Positions 27,927-37,807 of a stretch of 43,089 nucleotides of DNA are shown here, one piece after another. Positions within the stretch are counted from its first letter, which is position 1, and each line of letters opens with the position of its first letter. Source of the stretch: Trichomonas gallinae (lineage: Eukaryota); contig MRSU01011094.1 of assembly GCA_008369845.1 (NCBI GenBank), positions 1-43,089 on the forward strand, in the 5' to 3' direction. The notes below the pieces were generated by a model. It saw nothing but the letters and a program-made list of their open reading frames with translations, was not told the DNA's origin and did not search any database. The translations under genes and the position numbers were made by a program.

Positions 27927-29225
27927 ATGAATTCGCGCTTTAATCTCATTATTCCTGCTTATTATTGCGATAAAAGTAATCAGGAGAGAATGGAGTGCAC
28001 ATTATCTCTGAAAATAAGCAAAGATTCGTGCATTTTACTGTTCATTTCTTCACAATTTCAATTAAATCCTTTTCAAATTCAGCTAAACAAATACAATAAA
28101 ATGCATACAAAGATTGGAAAATGCAAATTTATGTCAGACAATCACTCATTTTCGCTTTTATTTATAGAATCGCAAAGTCATCAAAATAGATTTTTATATT
28201 CGCTTGCTGATGCAGGAATAATCATTCCAATAGACTTAAAACACTACGCAGTAATGAGTTCGCCTGTAAATATTCCAAATGGAAGATTTTTAAACATAGA
28301 AATGTCTGTAACTCTCACAGTTCATAACTTATTTAGAAACAGATACTTAAATCTATCTCTAAACATCAACAACGACATATTACAAGAATTTGCAAACTAT
28401 TCTGCTGCTTTCTTTTCGAATATATTAAACGCAAAAGTAAAAAACTGGATTAAATCGGATAAAACACATTCACCATTACCAGAAGGCTTCAATATCGACA
28501 ACGCAATTGGTTGGCTTCAATCAAAATCAACTCCAAAATCAAATAATTATTCTCAAGCACATGATAAGATTAAAGACGCCGACGATGACATGAAACGATT
28601 AATAAAAGTAATCAATGCAGATTCACCACGCCACAGATCAAATGATCCAAAATGGACAAATTTAATGAGCAAAACTTGCACAGAGATATTATGTGCATTG
28701 GTAGCTGATGGGCATCAATATTTACAAGGAGAGTTTGATATATGCGCGAAAGTAGCCTTGATTCTCGGAGATTCAGGAACATCTGAAATGATTTTCAACG
28801 GAACGAGATATATTTGCGAATTCGTGCCACTCAAAGACAGGGCATCTGCGGCAATCATCCAGGATATCTCAAATTCAATCTTAGACATTTATAAGAAAGT
28901 TTGCCCCGAGATTTTCAAATTTTTCGAAATTAGAGGCTGGAAAAACTTCATGATGCTTGGAAACAACATACCACACTTATTTACAAGGTGCTTCAATGAA
29001 ATATGGAAGATTTGGTACTGGTTATCGACAACAGAAAAAATTGAATTCGCATTTTCTTGTTTTTGCGCATCAATTTTGATCATGATGCTTCCTGAAATTG
29101 CCAAACATAAGACTGTGAAATTAGACTTTGTCTTAGAGTATTGGGATGATGCTATCACTAAGATTGATGTTAATCAAGTTTTGAATTTGTCGAATTACTT
29201 GTATCAGAACTACTTCACTGAATAA
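27927..29225 (+). CDS. TBC-domain (Rab-GAP) protein, divergent
   Basis: IxxDxxR finger (INADSPR, 28611-28631) and YxQG finger (YLQG, 28719-28730), followed by LFTRCF..IWKIW..FSCFCASIL. Possible PH-like N-terminus. Confidence 0.7.
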   Translation: MNSRFNLIIPAYYCDKSNQERMECTLSLKISKDSCILLFISSQFQLNPFQIQLNKYNKMHTKIGKCKFMSDNHSFSLLFIESQSHQNRFLYSLADAGIIIPIDLKHYAVMSSPVNIPNGRFLNIEMSVTLTVHNLFRNRYLNLSLNINNDILQEFANYSAAFFSNILNAKVKNWIKSDKTHSPLPEGFNIDNAIGWLQSKSTPKSNNYSQAHDKIKDADDDMKRLIKVINADSPRHRSNDPKWTNLMSKTCTEILCALVADGHQYLQGEFDICAKVALILGDSGTSEMIFNGTRYICEFVPLKDRASAAIIQDISNSILDIYKKVCPEIFKFFEIRGWKNFMMLGNNIPHLFTRCFNEIWKIWYWLSTTEKIEFAFSCFCASILIMMLPEIAKHKTVKLDFVLEYWDDAITKIDVNQVLNLSNYLYQNYFTE

Positions 29226-29570
29226 ATTGTTTTGTATTTTGTTATATATCTTTCTACAAAATAATATCAACTATTTCCTATATAACATTTGTTTTAATTC
29301 GAAAATATTTGAGAAATATGATTAAATAGCAGATATATAATCTTTATTTGTATATTTTCACTTTTTGTCATATAAGTATTAGTTTTTTCTTGTGATTTCA
29401 ATAAAAATAATAATCTTTTAAAATATGATGAATTCATTAAGAATAAATCAACATCTATAATTTTAAATGATATTGGATGTTTTAAATTGATATATCAAAT
29501 TTGAAAATTTTGTTATCATCATCTAAACTCTATTTTTAATAATATATATGTATAAAACAAGAATATAATA

Positions 29571-30086
29571 TTAGTAGTTAGGCTCTTTCTTCCATTCTTC
29601 GATGAATCTTAAAACTGATTCTGGTTCGAAGACATTTTCGTGTGTATTGACTGAATAAAGTGCCTTCTTCTTGGCTTCTATCGAGGCAGCAGCCTTATTG
29701 ATTGCTTGGCATGCTTCTTCATATTTTTGTGTAATGCTGTTATCATCTGGTGGAAACGACCATGCTACATCTAATGGTTTTGTCATAAACATATCCTTCG
29801 CCTTTGCTAAAGTACCTCTGCATTGTGTTAAAGAATGTTCATATAAAACTAGTTGTCTATTTAGTTCAGCAATGAGGGCATCACAACTAATAAGTTGTTC
29901 CATTTCTAATTTGCTTTGCAAACCCGGATAATTACTGAGTGAACCTAAATTTCGTTGATATTCTCTAAATGTAGTTCTAATTGACTCCCATTTCATCACA
30001 ATTCCATTTAACGCGTTAATTGCTTGTGTGCTTTCATTCTCACAACGGTTCAGCTCCATTGCTATTCTTGCAAAAGAAGCCTCCAT
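29571..30086 (-). CDS. Helical protein resembling C1orf109/AIRIM (CK2S family)
   Basis: 171 aa. LSNYPGLQSKLEMEQLISCDALIAELNRQL parallels the recalled C1orf109 segment LRAFPDLKERLRRKQLVAGDIVLDKLGERL, and the C-terminal KKKALYSV...FIEEW parallels KRKYLLSSI...LPKAW. First ATG 30086 with TCATA just upstream. Confidence 0.55.
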   Translation of the reverse strand: MEASFARIAMELNRCENESTQAINALNGIVMKWESIRTTFREYQRNLGSLSNYPGLQSKLEMEQLISCDALIAELNRQLVLYEHSLTQCRGTLAKAKDMFMTKPLDVAWSFPPDDNSITQKYEEACQAINKAAASIEAKKKALYSVNTHENVFEPESVLRFIEEWKKEPNY

Positions 30087-30386
30087 TATGATTTTGACAA
30101 ATAAATCGATATATGCCAAATAAACTTTTTACACGTCAAATTTTTATAATATCACATCAAATATTTCTAAATCGAAATATGAGATATTACAATGCATATT
30201 TTGCAAATCTATCCATTATATAAGCTATACAACAAAGATCATGAATTATTAAAATAATCTCATAAATTTCAAATTTTTCCAATGATTTTAGAATACCAAT
30301 TTTAGTTATTTGTAGCATTTCTAAGAATTGGATTCGTATAATTTAAAAATTAGAATATTTGATGAATAAAAACTAAATAATTTTCT

Positions 30387-33023
30387 TTAATTATAAACAA
30401 ATGGGATGTAGGAAGGAACGTTTGACTTCTTCACATTCAAGAACTGCGGATTAAGGATGAACTCTTCGTCATCAATTGTGATTGTTGGCATTCTGAGGTA
30501 TCCATGCTTCAGTGGAATGAAATCGATTTCAAGGGTTCCACCTTCGAAGTGTTTCTTCCTTGGGCAAGCCAAAGCAATACTCTTACACTCATTGATACAA
30601 AAGTCACATTCAGGCAGTTCTATTGTAAGAGAAGAAGGCTCACCTTCCATCAGTCTTTCGTCCGCAATTTTCGCGTCAATCATTGGCAAACCGATTTTCT
30701 CCTTTCCAAGGTCCCAAGAATTCGCGATTTTAGAACCAAGTGGCTCAGACACAATAATGTTGAGAATGGAATCAGTGCCAGGAGTCCTCGTCGCAAGTAA
30801 ATATGTATCGCTTCCTGCTGATAGCGCAATCTTCTCCCATGTTGTCGGCATAATTTCCGCCGACTCAATCATCAAGTCTATCTCGCTCGTGTTCTGCAGT
30901 CTGACATGCACGAATTCGTCTGTGCGAGTCCTGATGTTCAGATCAATTGGGAAGTAGAAGGTCGCTGGTCTCTCTATCTCGAACTTCGTGCCGTCGAATT
31001 CCGCTGCTATGACAAGTTCTGTCTCATCTAATGACTCCATTAAAATGTACTCGATTGACGCTTCGATTTCGAGGCCTGCAATCGAAATTGCGTCATCTTC
31101 TGAGACGTCTTGCTCGAAAGAGAACAGGATGCGCTTGTCTTGGATCTTGAAATAGCCAGTGCGGCCGCTGAGTTGGCATTTTCCGCTTTGGTTTGGAATT
31201 TTAACTTTATCTGATCTGAAGAATAAATCGAAGTTGATTTCCTTGTTGAGGCGAGCGCTCAAGTCTATTTTCAGCGCGAAGAACATGGATTTCCTGATGC
31301 ATGTGAGAACTGGAAATGTGGCTATAATTAGTGGAGACTGAAGCGGAATAATTGTGAATCTTAAAAATTTGTCTTTGATTGGGAATTCAAGTGTGACATT
31401 GTTAACAATTGCACGAAGAGCTGTAACTTTCCAGTCACCAACAAGCGCAAAAGATGTTGTGAGATATGAGATTTCTGATTCTGGGCAATTATTGACTTCA
31501 ATCTGTGAATTTCCATCAGAATTTTCTAGTTCAAGCTCAACACGAGAAATATCGAACTGGAACCATTGAGGAAGGACGAGTTTGACTGTGATGTCCATTT
31601 TTGTTCCTTGTTGGACTTCAGAGCCAAACTGAGAGCATTTGATGAAACGAGATATGTGGAATGGCTTGATTAATTTGAGTTTTTGCTTGACATTCAATAT
31701 TCTATTAAATAACTTTTGCTTATCATCAACAGCCGACTTATCATGGAGAAGCATCTTTCCGACACGTTCGATTTCCCTGTAGTTATTCGATTCGATTGCA
31801 GCATCAAAATTCAACAAAGCTGCTTTAGCGCCGAATTTCCATGTAATCATCTTCTCATCGATATTAGGGACATCAGACTTCTGTTCAGCAGCCCATCGTG
31901 CATATCTAGTTTCAACAGCCATTCTTGTGTTTTTCATCTTTGGTGGGAGAACGGAAAGGAGGCGTTTTCTAATTGCTGGTACTTCGCTTGTGTTCTTTTG
32001 GAGGTTAATGTAGAACATTCTCTCCAAAATTCTGTAATTTACAGAATTATTATTAGCAACATCTTGCATTGAAAGGAAGACCTTCAAACAGCTTAATGCC
32101 CAATCATCAACAGCAACTGTATGAGCTTTGTCTCTTGTTAGTTCTTCAACATAGCCCCAGAAAGAATAAAATAATTCCACAGCCTCGATGAAGCGGTTAT
32201 TAGCAAAGTAAACGGCCATGGCACCATGCAATGCGAAATAAATGACCGAAACTGTATCATGATTTGTTTCAAATGGATAATTATTAATAAATGCGGGATT
32301 CAGTGGATTTAACGGGAACTGTGAACGGTCTTTAACCAATGGCAGTGAAGATCTAAATGAATCGAGAAATGAATTTAATGAATCTTCGTAATATCCATAA
32401 TATTGCAATAAAAGTCCACGCCAAGCCTTCAAATAGTTAAGAGCTTCGACATTTCCAAGTTTTCTTTTCATCTTTGCGCGTGTTTCTTGGTCGAATTTGC
32501 CAAATGACTCAATAACTGCATGCTGTACTGCATTTTTAACCATATCAACAGATTGATCTGCCAATTTGGTTTTCTTGCACGGGATAATTACGATGTTGTT
32601 GATTTGAGCTTGCTCAGCGACAAATTCGTTGCGATTGATTTGTTTATTTGTTTCGAAGAAAGATGAATCTTCCTGGAAGATGAAAACGCGCCAGCTGTTT
32701 CCAACTATTGAAGCTTCTCCAATCCATTTTTGAATCATTCCAACTGTTTCACGAGGAATATTTTGTGCGGCTTTCGCTTTGACGGCAAGGATCGAAAGAT
32801 AAGGTCTTTGGTATGGGTCAACGCCAATTTGTACATTTTCGAGTATTTTTGGTGATTCTGGGACGATTTCAAGTATAAAATTAGCTCCTGGATGTCTAAA
32901 AGTTGTTTTAGCGAGAGATGATGGTACTGGGAAGACGTATTCAGCAAACATGTTCCTAATAAGGTCCTTCCATGCATTATCTGGGTCGTTTATAGTGATT
33001 TTAACAACCCTTGATGCGTGCAT
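30387..33023 (-). CDS. TRAPP II large subunit, TRAPPC10/Trs130-like
   Basis: PYQRPYLSIL and LLQYYGYYEDSL in the N-terminal alpha/beta and helical region, Ig-like beta domains (GDWKVTAL), and a terminal FIPLKHGYLRMPTITI typical of TRAPPC10-type C-termini. First ATG at 33023. Confidence 0.6.
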   Translation of the reverse strand: MHASRVVKITINDPDNAWKDLIRNMFAEYVFPVPSSLAKTTFRHPGANFILEIVPESPKILENVQIGVDPYQRPYLSILAVKAKAAQNIPRETVGMIQKWIGEASIVGNSWRVFIFQEDSSFFETNKQINRNEFVAEQAQINNIVIIPCKKTKLADQSVDMVKNAVQHAVIESFGKFDQETRAKMKRKLGNVEALNYLKAWRGLLLQYYGYYEDSLNSFLDSFRSSLPLVKDRSQFPLNPLNPAFINNYPFETNHDTVSVIYFALHGAMAVYFANNRFIEAVELFYSFWGYVEELTRDKAHTVAVDDWALSCLKVFLSMQDVANNNSVNYRILERMFYINLQKNTSEVPAIRKRLLSVLPPKMKNTRMAVETRYARWAAEQKSDVPNIDEKMITWKFGAKAALLNFDAAIESNNYREIERVGKMLLHDKSAVDDKQKLFNRILNVKQKLKLIKPFHISRFIKCSQFGSEVQQGTKMDITVKLVLPQWFQFDISRVELELENSDGNSQIEVNNCPESEISYLTTSFALVGDWKVTALRAIVNNVTLEFPIKDKFLRFTIIPLQSPLIIATFPVLTCIRKSMFFALKIDLSARLNKEINFDLFFRSDKVKIPNQSGKCQLSGRTGYFKIQDKRILFSFEQDVSEDDAISIAGLEIEASIEYILMESLDETELVIAAEFDGTKFEIERPATFYFPIDLNIRTRTDEFVHVRLQNTSEIDLMIESAEIMPTTWEKIALSAGSDTYLLATRTPGTDSILNIIVSEPLGSKIANSWDLGKEKIGLPMIDAKIADERLMEGEPSSLTIELPECDFCINECKSIALACPRKKHFEGGTLEIDFIPLKHGYLRMPTITIDDEEFILNPQFLNVKKSNVPSYIPFVYN

Positions 33024-33149
33024 GTAAAAATATAAAATTTTTATCGGAGAAAAAAAAAATTTTTTTGAGAAGATCATTCATATGACATGTAAAATATTTA
33101 CATCTTAACAATATGTCAATATTTTGATTTGTAAATTATTTATTTGTCA

Positions 33150-33413
33150 TAATGACATGCCAAAATTCTTACCTGATTACCAAGATCTCAAGAATTTTTA
33201 TTTAAACAGTTGTTGTTATTTTTCTTGATCCAAAACCTCATATTTCATGGAATTCTTTATAAGGTTTACATGGTTGGCTTTGTTTGTTATCAACTCCAAA
33301 ACGCCCTTATGAATCTCATAGACATCTTAAGGGTTAGATCTATACCATGGGTAGATACTATAGGAAGAATGGTAGCCCGATTTCTACGCTAAATTTTTGG
33401 CGAAGTACCTTTT
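33150..33413. mobile_element. Dispersed ~270-bp element, copy 2
   Basis: Same orientation as 25211-25490. It lacks the 12-nt taattgaattat present in copy 1. Ends gccaaaatt...aatttttggc-gaagtacctttt. Confidence 0.7.
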
Positions 33414-33871
33414 CTTTATCTAGATTACATCTCATATTAACACTCAATATATTCCAATTACACAATAGTTACTCTATTTTACAAAAAAAAAAAAATTAAT
33501 TTCTGTGTTTTTAATTTGAATACTGAGGAAATAGTAATATTATAAACGTGCATCAGATTGAAGTTTAAAAGGATTTTTGAGTATGGATGACATTGTTGTA
33601 TGCAAATATGATGAATTCCATGAATATATTTGTAAGACTTCAACTGTAATAAAAGTTAATAATTTCGATAATGTGGTGTTACCGACATCACTAGATTCCA
33701 ACTCATAGAATGAAATCAGCAATGACTAGTGCATATGCCCTCAAGCAAAATGATTGCAATTTCTATTTAGAGCCGAGATGCAGATTAGATCTCGGCATAT
33801 ACAAAAGAAATTATGATTTAATTTTGAAGAAATATATCATTTGTTTAAAAAAAATAAAAATATAAATAAAA

Positions 33872-35905
33872 TTAAAAATCATCCTTGTTGAAGATAGATC
33901 TATGCAATGCCATAAGCTTATCCTCTTTCTGCTCGATGAGCTCAAGTAGAGACTTATGTTCCTCGCCGACTTTTTCTCTTCTAACTCTTCTTAATTCTTC
34001 CAAAGCAGAATGACACTTCTTCATCAACTTTCCAGCCCTTCTTTCCAAGTCTGCGACATTCGCCTGGCTTCCTTCTATCGCGTCTATTCCATCTAGAGCA
34101 TCAGATGTCTTGAATGGTCCGTTTGACGCCGAAACTCTCCTGCGCTGTACTTCATCTAACGCACTTCTAACACTCTGGCATCTTCTGTCGAGTTCTTTCT
34201 CTTCTCTGTCCAAATTCTGTTCTTCTTCTTCAAGATCAGCCAACTGCTTTTCTAGCTCTGCTCTTCTCTTTTCCAGTCTCGCCTCTTCTTGCTCACTTTG
34301 TCTCTGTGCTTCTTTGTCTGCAATCAACAGTTGCTTAACTCTGCTGCTTTCTGCTTCAGCTGTAGACAAGTCTCCTCTCATCTTCTGGAGAGTTGTCTCC
34401 ATAGATGCTGCTTCTTCTTGTAATTGTTTGAGTCTCTGTTCTAACTGTTTCTTCTCTTTCTTAGCCGCGTGTAACTGTGAGCGTAATTCAGCTTCCTTTC
34501 TTTCACCTTCTTGCCTGATTTGAGAGATCATTCTCTGCTTGGCTTCTTCTGCTTGTCTCATTCTTTCTTCTTCCTCTTTGCGGATTCTTTCTCTAGCCAT
34601 AGCATTCCTCTTTTCTATCTCAGCGAGTTCTGCCCTCGCTTTCTCAATCTTCTTTTGTAATGGTTCCAAAGAAGGCTTCGGCTGTTTAGTAGAGATCAAT
34701 CTCTTCTTCGCTTCAAGTTCTACAGCCCTCTCCTGGTTCATTCTTCTCTTCTCGCGTAATTCTTCTTTTCTTCTGCGAAGTTGGTCATTTAAGTCCGCGA
34801 TTCTCTGCGTGGCCTTTAAACTCTCCTGGCGAGTTTTCTCGAGTGTCTGACGAGCCGCTTGTAGTTCATCTCTTTCACGCTCGAGTGTGGCCTCTAAATC
34901 GTCGATCTTCATCAGGTCGTCGCCGATTCTGAATTCTGTAGATTTCATTTTTTCTGTTTCTCTCTCGAATTCAGCTTTTGCCTGTTCGAGCTCGTTTTTC
35001 GCTTGTCTCAGCTGCTCGTCGTAGTGTTCGTTCTTCGCTTCTAGTTGGGCCAGTTCTTCACGTGCCGCTGCAACAGCTGCCTCCTTTCTCCTCAGTTTGT
35101 CTGTTAATGTGGCCTCGTCGCGCTTCAAAGATTCGACTGTTAACTGCAATTCTGATGCTGCATTTTTCGCGGCTTCTGTCGCTGAAATTTGGTCCGCGAG
35201 CTGCTTTGAGAGCTCAGCACGCTCCTTTTCGTGCTGTGCTGTGATTTGCTTGAGTTCTTCTTCGAGTTTTGCCACTGTTTCGCGAGCTGCTTCTAATTGA
35301 GCTTCTTCCTGGGCAACTTCGCGTCTCTTTTCTTCCTCTGTCTTCTGGAGGTCCTGAAGAGTGGCTAACTTGGACTGGTATTCAGCTTTGAATAGTTTTA
35401 ACTGAGATTGAAGCTCAGCTGCAGTTTTCTGGCGCTGCTCTGTCCTTGCTTGTGCTTCAATTGCTTCTTGCTCCTTAAGTTCGACTTCTTTACGCTTCTG
35501 AGCAAGACGTCTTTCGATCTTTGAAGCACGATCTTTTAATTCCTGCATTTCGCTCTCTCTAATGTGTAAAATTGTTGCTTGCTCGTCGACTTCTTGTTGT
35601 TTTATTGCGACTTTCGAACGTAAATCTTCGAGCCTCTTTGTTTTCTTCTCTATTTCTTTTTGAGCATTTAATTTATCTTGTTCGAATTGCTCTTGCGTCC
35701 TCATTAAATCATCTGCGAAGTCTTGGAGTTGTTTTTCGCGTGCTGCGAGCTCCGCAAGATGCTGTTTGTGTTTTTCGAATTCTTCTTTTAATTTTGCTTC
35801 GCGCTGCGACAATTCTGCATTCTTGGCCTTGATGGTGTTGCCAACATCGTTCAGATTATCCATGAACTGATCAATAATAGGATCGCTGTCCGAATCAGTT
35901 GACAT
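33872..35905 (-). CDS. Long E/K/R/Q/A-rich coiled-coil protein (cytoskeletal/structural candidate)
   Basis: 677 aa of near-continuous heptads with one Pro-containing break (KQPKPSLEP). First ATG at 35905. Confidence 0.8.
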   Translation of the reverse strand: MSTDSDSDPIIDQFMDNLNDVGNTIKAKNAELSQREAKLKEEFEKHKQHLAELAAREKQLQDFADDLMRTQEQFEQDKLNAQKEIEKKTKRLEDLRSKVAIKQQEVDEQATILHIRESEMQELKDRASKIERRLAQKRKEVELKEQEAIEAQARTEQRQKTAAELQSQLKLFKAEYQSKLATLQDLQKTEEEKRREVAQEEAQLEAARETVAKLEEELKQITAQHEKERAELSKQLADQISATEAAKNAASELQLTVESLKRDEATLTDKLRRKEAAVAAAREELAQLEAKNEHYDEQLRQAKNELEQAKAEFERETEKMKSTEFRIGDDLMKIDDLEATLERERDELQAARQTLEKTRQESLKATQRIADLNDQLRRRKEELREKRRMNQERAVELEAKKRLISTKQPKPSLEPLQKKIEKARAELAEIEKRNAMARERIRKEEEERMRQAEEAKQRMISQIRQEGERKEAELRSQLHAAKKEKKQLEQRLKQLQEEAASMETTLQKMRGDLSTAEAESSRVKQLLIADKEAQRQSEQEEARLEKRRAELEKQLADLEEEEQNLDREEKELDRRCQSVRSALDEVQRRRVSASNGPFKTSDALDGIDAIEGSQANVADLERRAGKLMKKCHSALEELRRVRREKVGEEHKSLLELIEQKEDKLMALHRSIFNKDDF

Positions 35906-37744
35906 CAAAATCTTGAGTCCGTTTTTTATTGACAAATCCTTCAAAATACGATTTTTGGCTTCGTTAGGATGTGTTTTCTTGAATTATTTTAAAAAGTTGC
36001 GAAAATCATTTTTTAAACGTTCGACAACAAAAAACTTATCATAAGAAACAAGTTTTGATCATCAATTTTGCAAAAAAATGGACTTAGCTTATCAATTAAA
36101 ATCTTTTCTAGATTGTTTATATCATATAGGAGCTTATAGTTAATGATTTTAACAAAAATATATCAAAATTTATTAAACATGTTTTTTACATTTAGATATT
36201 GCAATTATTATTAATAAAACAAGTAATATGACTTATATTGCTGAGCTGGCTATAATTTCTAAAAGATAAATGCTTTTTTGATGTATATTTGAACAAAATA
36301 CAATATTTCATCTATATTATATTGGAAAAAGTGAAATTATTTGTATATAGATTAATATAGATATGAAAATATCAAAATTTATTAATAATGAATTTTGTAT
36401 TTTAAAATTTAAATTATTATATGAAAAAAGACCAGAAAATTGTCGAAAACCATTAACTGAAGTTCCTAGCCAGGACTCTCATGAAATTAATGACATCTAT
36501 GAATAATATCGTCATTTTGTTATATAAATGTTGTAATATGCTTTTGCTTACTATACATATCTATAATGTTTGGTTGTGCATTCTTATTTATGTAATTTTA
36601 GCGAAAAAATATTTGTGTAATCAAAAAATATGAAGATATGCGGTTCGGGTTGTTGTCAATCAACATAAAAATAGGAGTAGATTGCAGTGACATGATTTGG
36701 TTATAATTTAAACGAAGTTGAAAATGTCGAAAATTTGCAAAAACTTTTTTCATTTTATTCAGCAATTAGAGTTATTGGATTTTAAATATGCTATATATGA
36801 TAGATTCGAGTGAGAGGATGATAAAACTTGCAATTTCTACAGTTGAAAAAATCTTTTGTTCGGATTAGCAAAATTCTTGAATAAAAATTCATTTTATAAG
36901 CTAATCACCATGCTGATAAAAGAAAATTACATTCAATGTTAGAATGAACCAAAAGTCACAAAATAAATAAGCCACAAATTCATTTTCCATATAATATGAA
37001 GGTTCTCAAAATAAAATCTTTCCAAAACAAATAACGTAATTCAAAAAGTACAACATATCAAAATTGAAAACATCAAACCTTAGACTATAGCAAAATGATC
37101 AAATACATTCATATCATTTACGAGAATCATTATATTGTCGTAGTTTTGATTACAAATTAAATTCAATTTGGCTTATTTCAATGCTTGTATTCAAAATTGA
37201 TGACTCTTAAATTATTCCATTGACAATTTATCATATCTATATTGATATATAAATAATAATTAATAAGCAAGGTTTGAATATATTTTGAATTAATACGATA
37301 ATTATCAATTTTTGAGAATAAAACATTATTGAAGTTTTATATCATTGTTATACAATAAGGAATAATATGCTAAATTTATTTTCTTTTCAAATCTGTCAAG
37401 GTCAATTTTGACCATGGCAGATCTTAAATCTAAAATTGTCTCAAATATTAGGAACTATAGTTTAACTCTTTGACTATATGTAAACACATTACTAAAAATT
37501 TATAATAGTATTATTTTTATTGCAGTATTATCGCCATGATTTAATGTATATGAATATAATAAAATTTTATTGTTTAGAAGATTATTATTTATAAAACAAA
37601 TGACCGAGTATTTCAATTTATTCTGTGATAGTTTGATATTCATGTATAACACATAATGACCTAAAATACGAAAAGCAGATATTTTTGGGGTGTCAGATAC
37701 GCTGACACAGTTAAGGTCAATTAGGAGGGGCAAGGTCAATTTGC

Positions 37745-37752
37745 GGCGGTTA
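37745..37752 (+). promoter_or_regulatory. M3-like (Myb-type) core promoter motif GGCGGTTA
   Basis: Fits DRCSGTTD about 60 bp upstream of the ATG at 37808. A second Myb-type CAGTTA sits at about 37796. Confidence 0.45.
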
Positions 37753-37807
37753 TGGCAAATCCGATCATAGACGATAAAAAAAATTAAAAATTTGGCAGTT
37801 AATAATA

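Noticed and set aside
1..33023. Apparent cluster of trafficking genes (RabGGT alpha, SNARE, Sec7-PH, TBC, TRAPPC10-like)
   Set aside because: They are interspersed with unrelated genes on both strands, and trafficking families are greatly expanded in trichomonads, so chance is sufficient.
33210..33392. 60-aa ORF inside element copy 2 as a possible transposase piece
   Set aside because: Non-ATG start, no recognisable motif, and copy 1 has stops in the equivalent frame.
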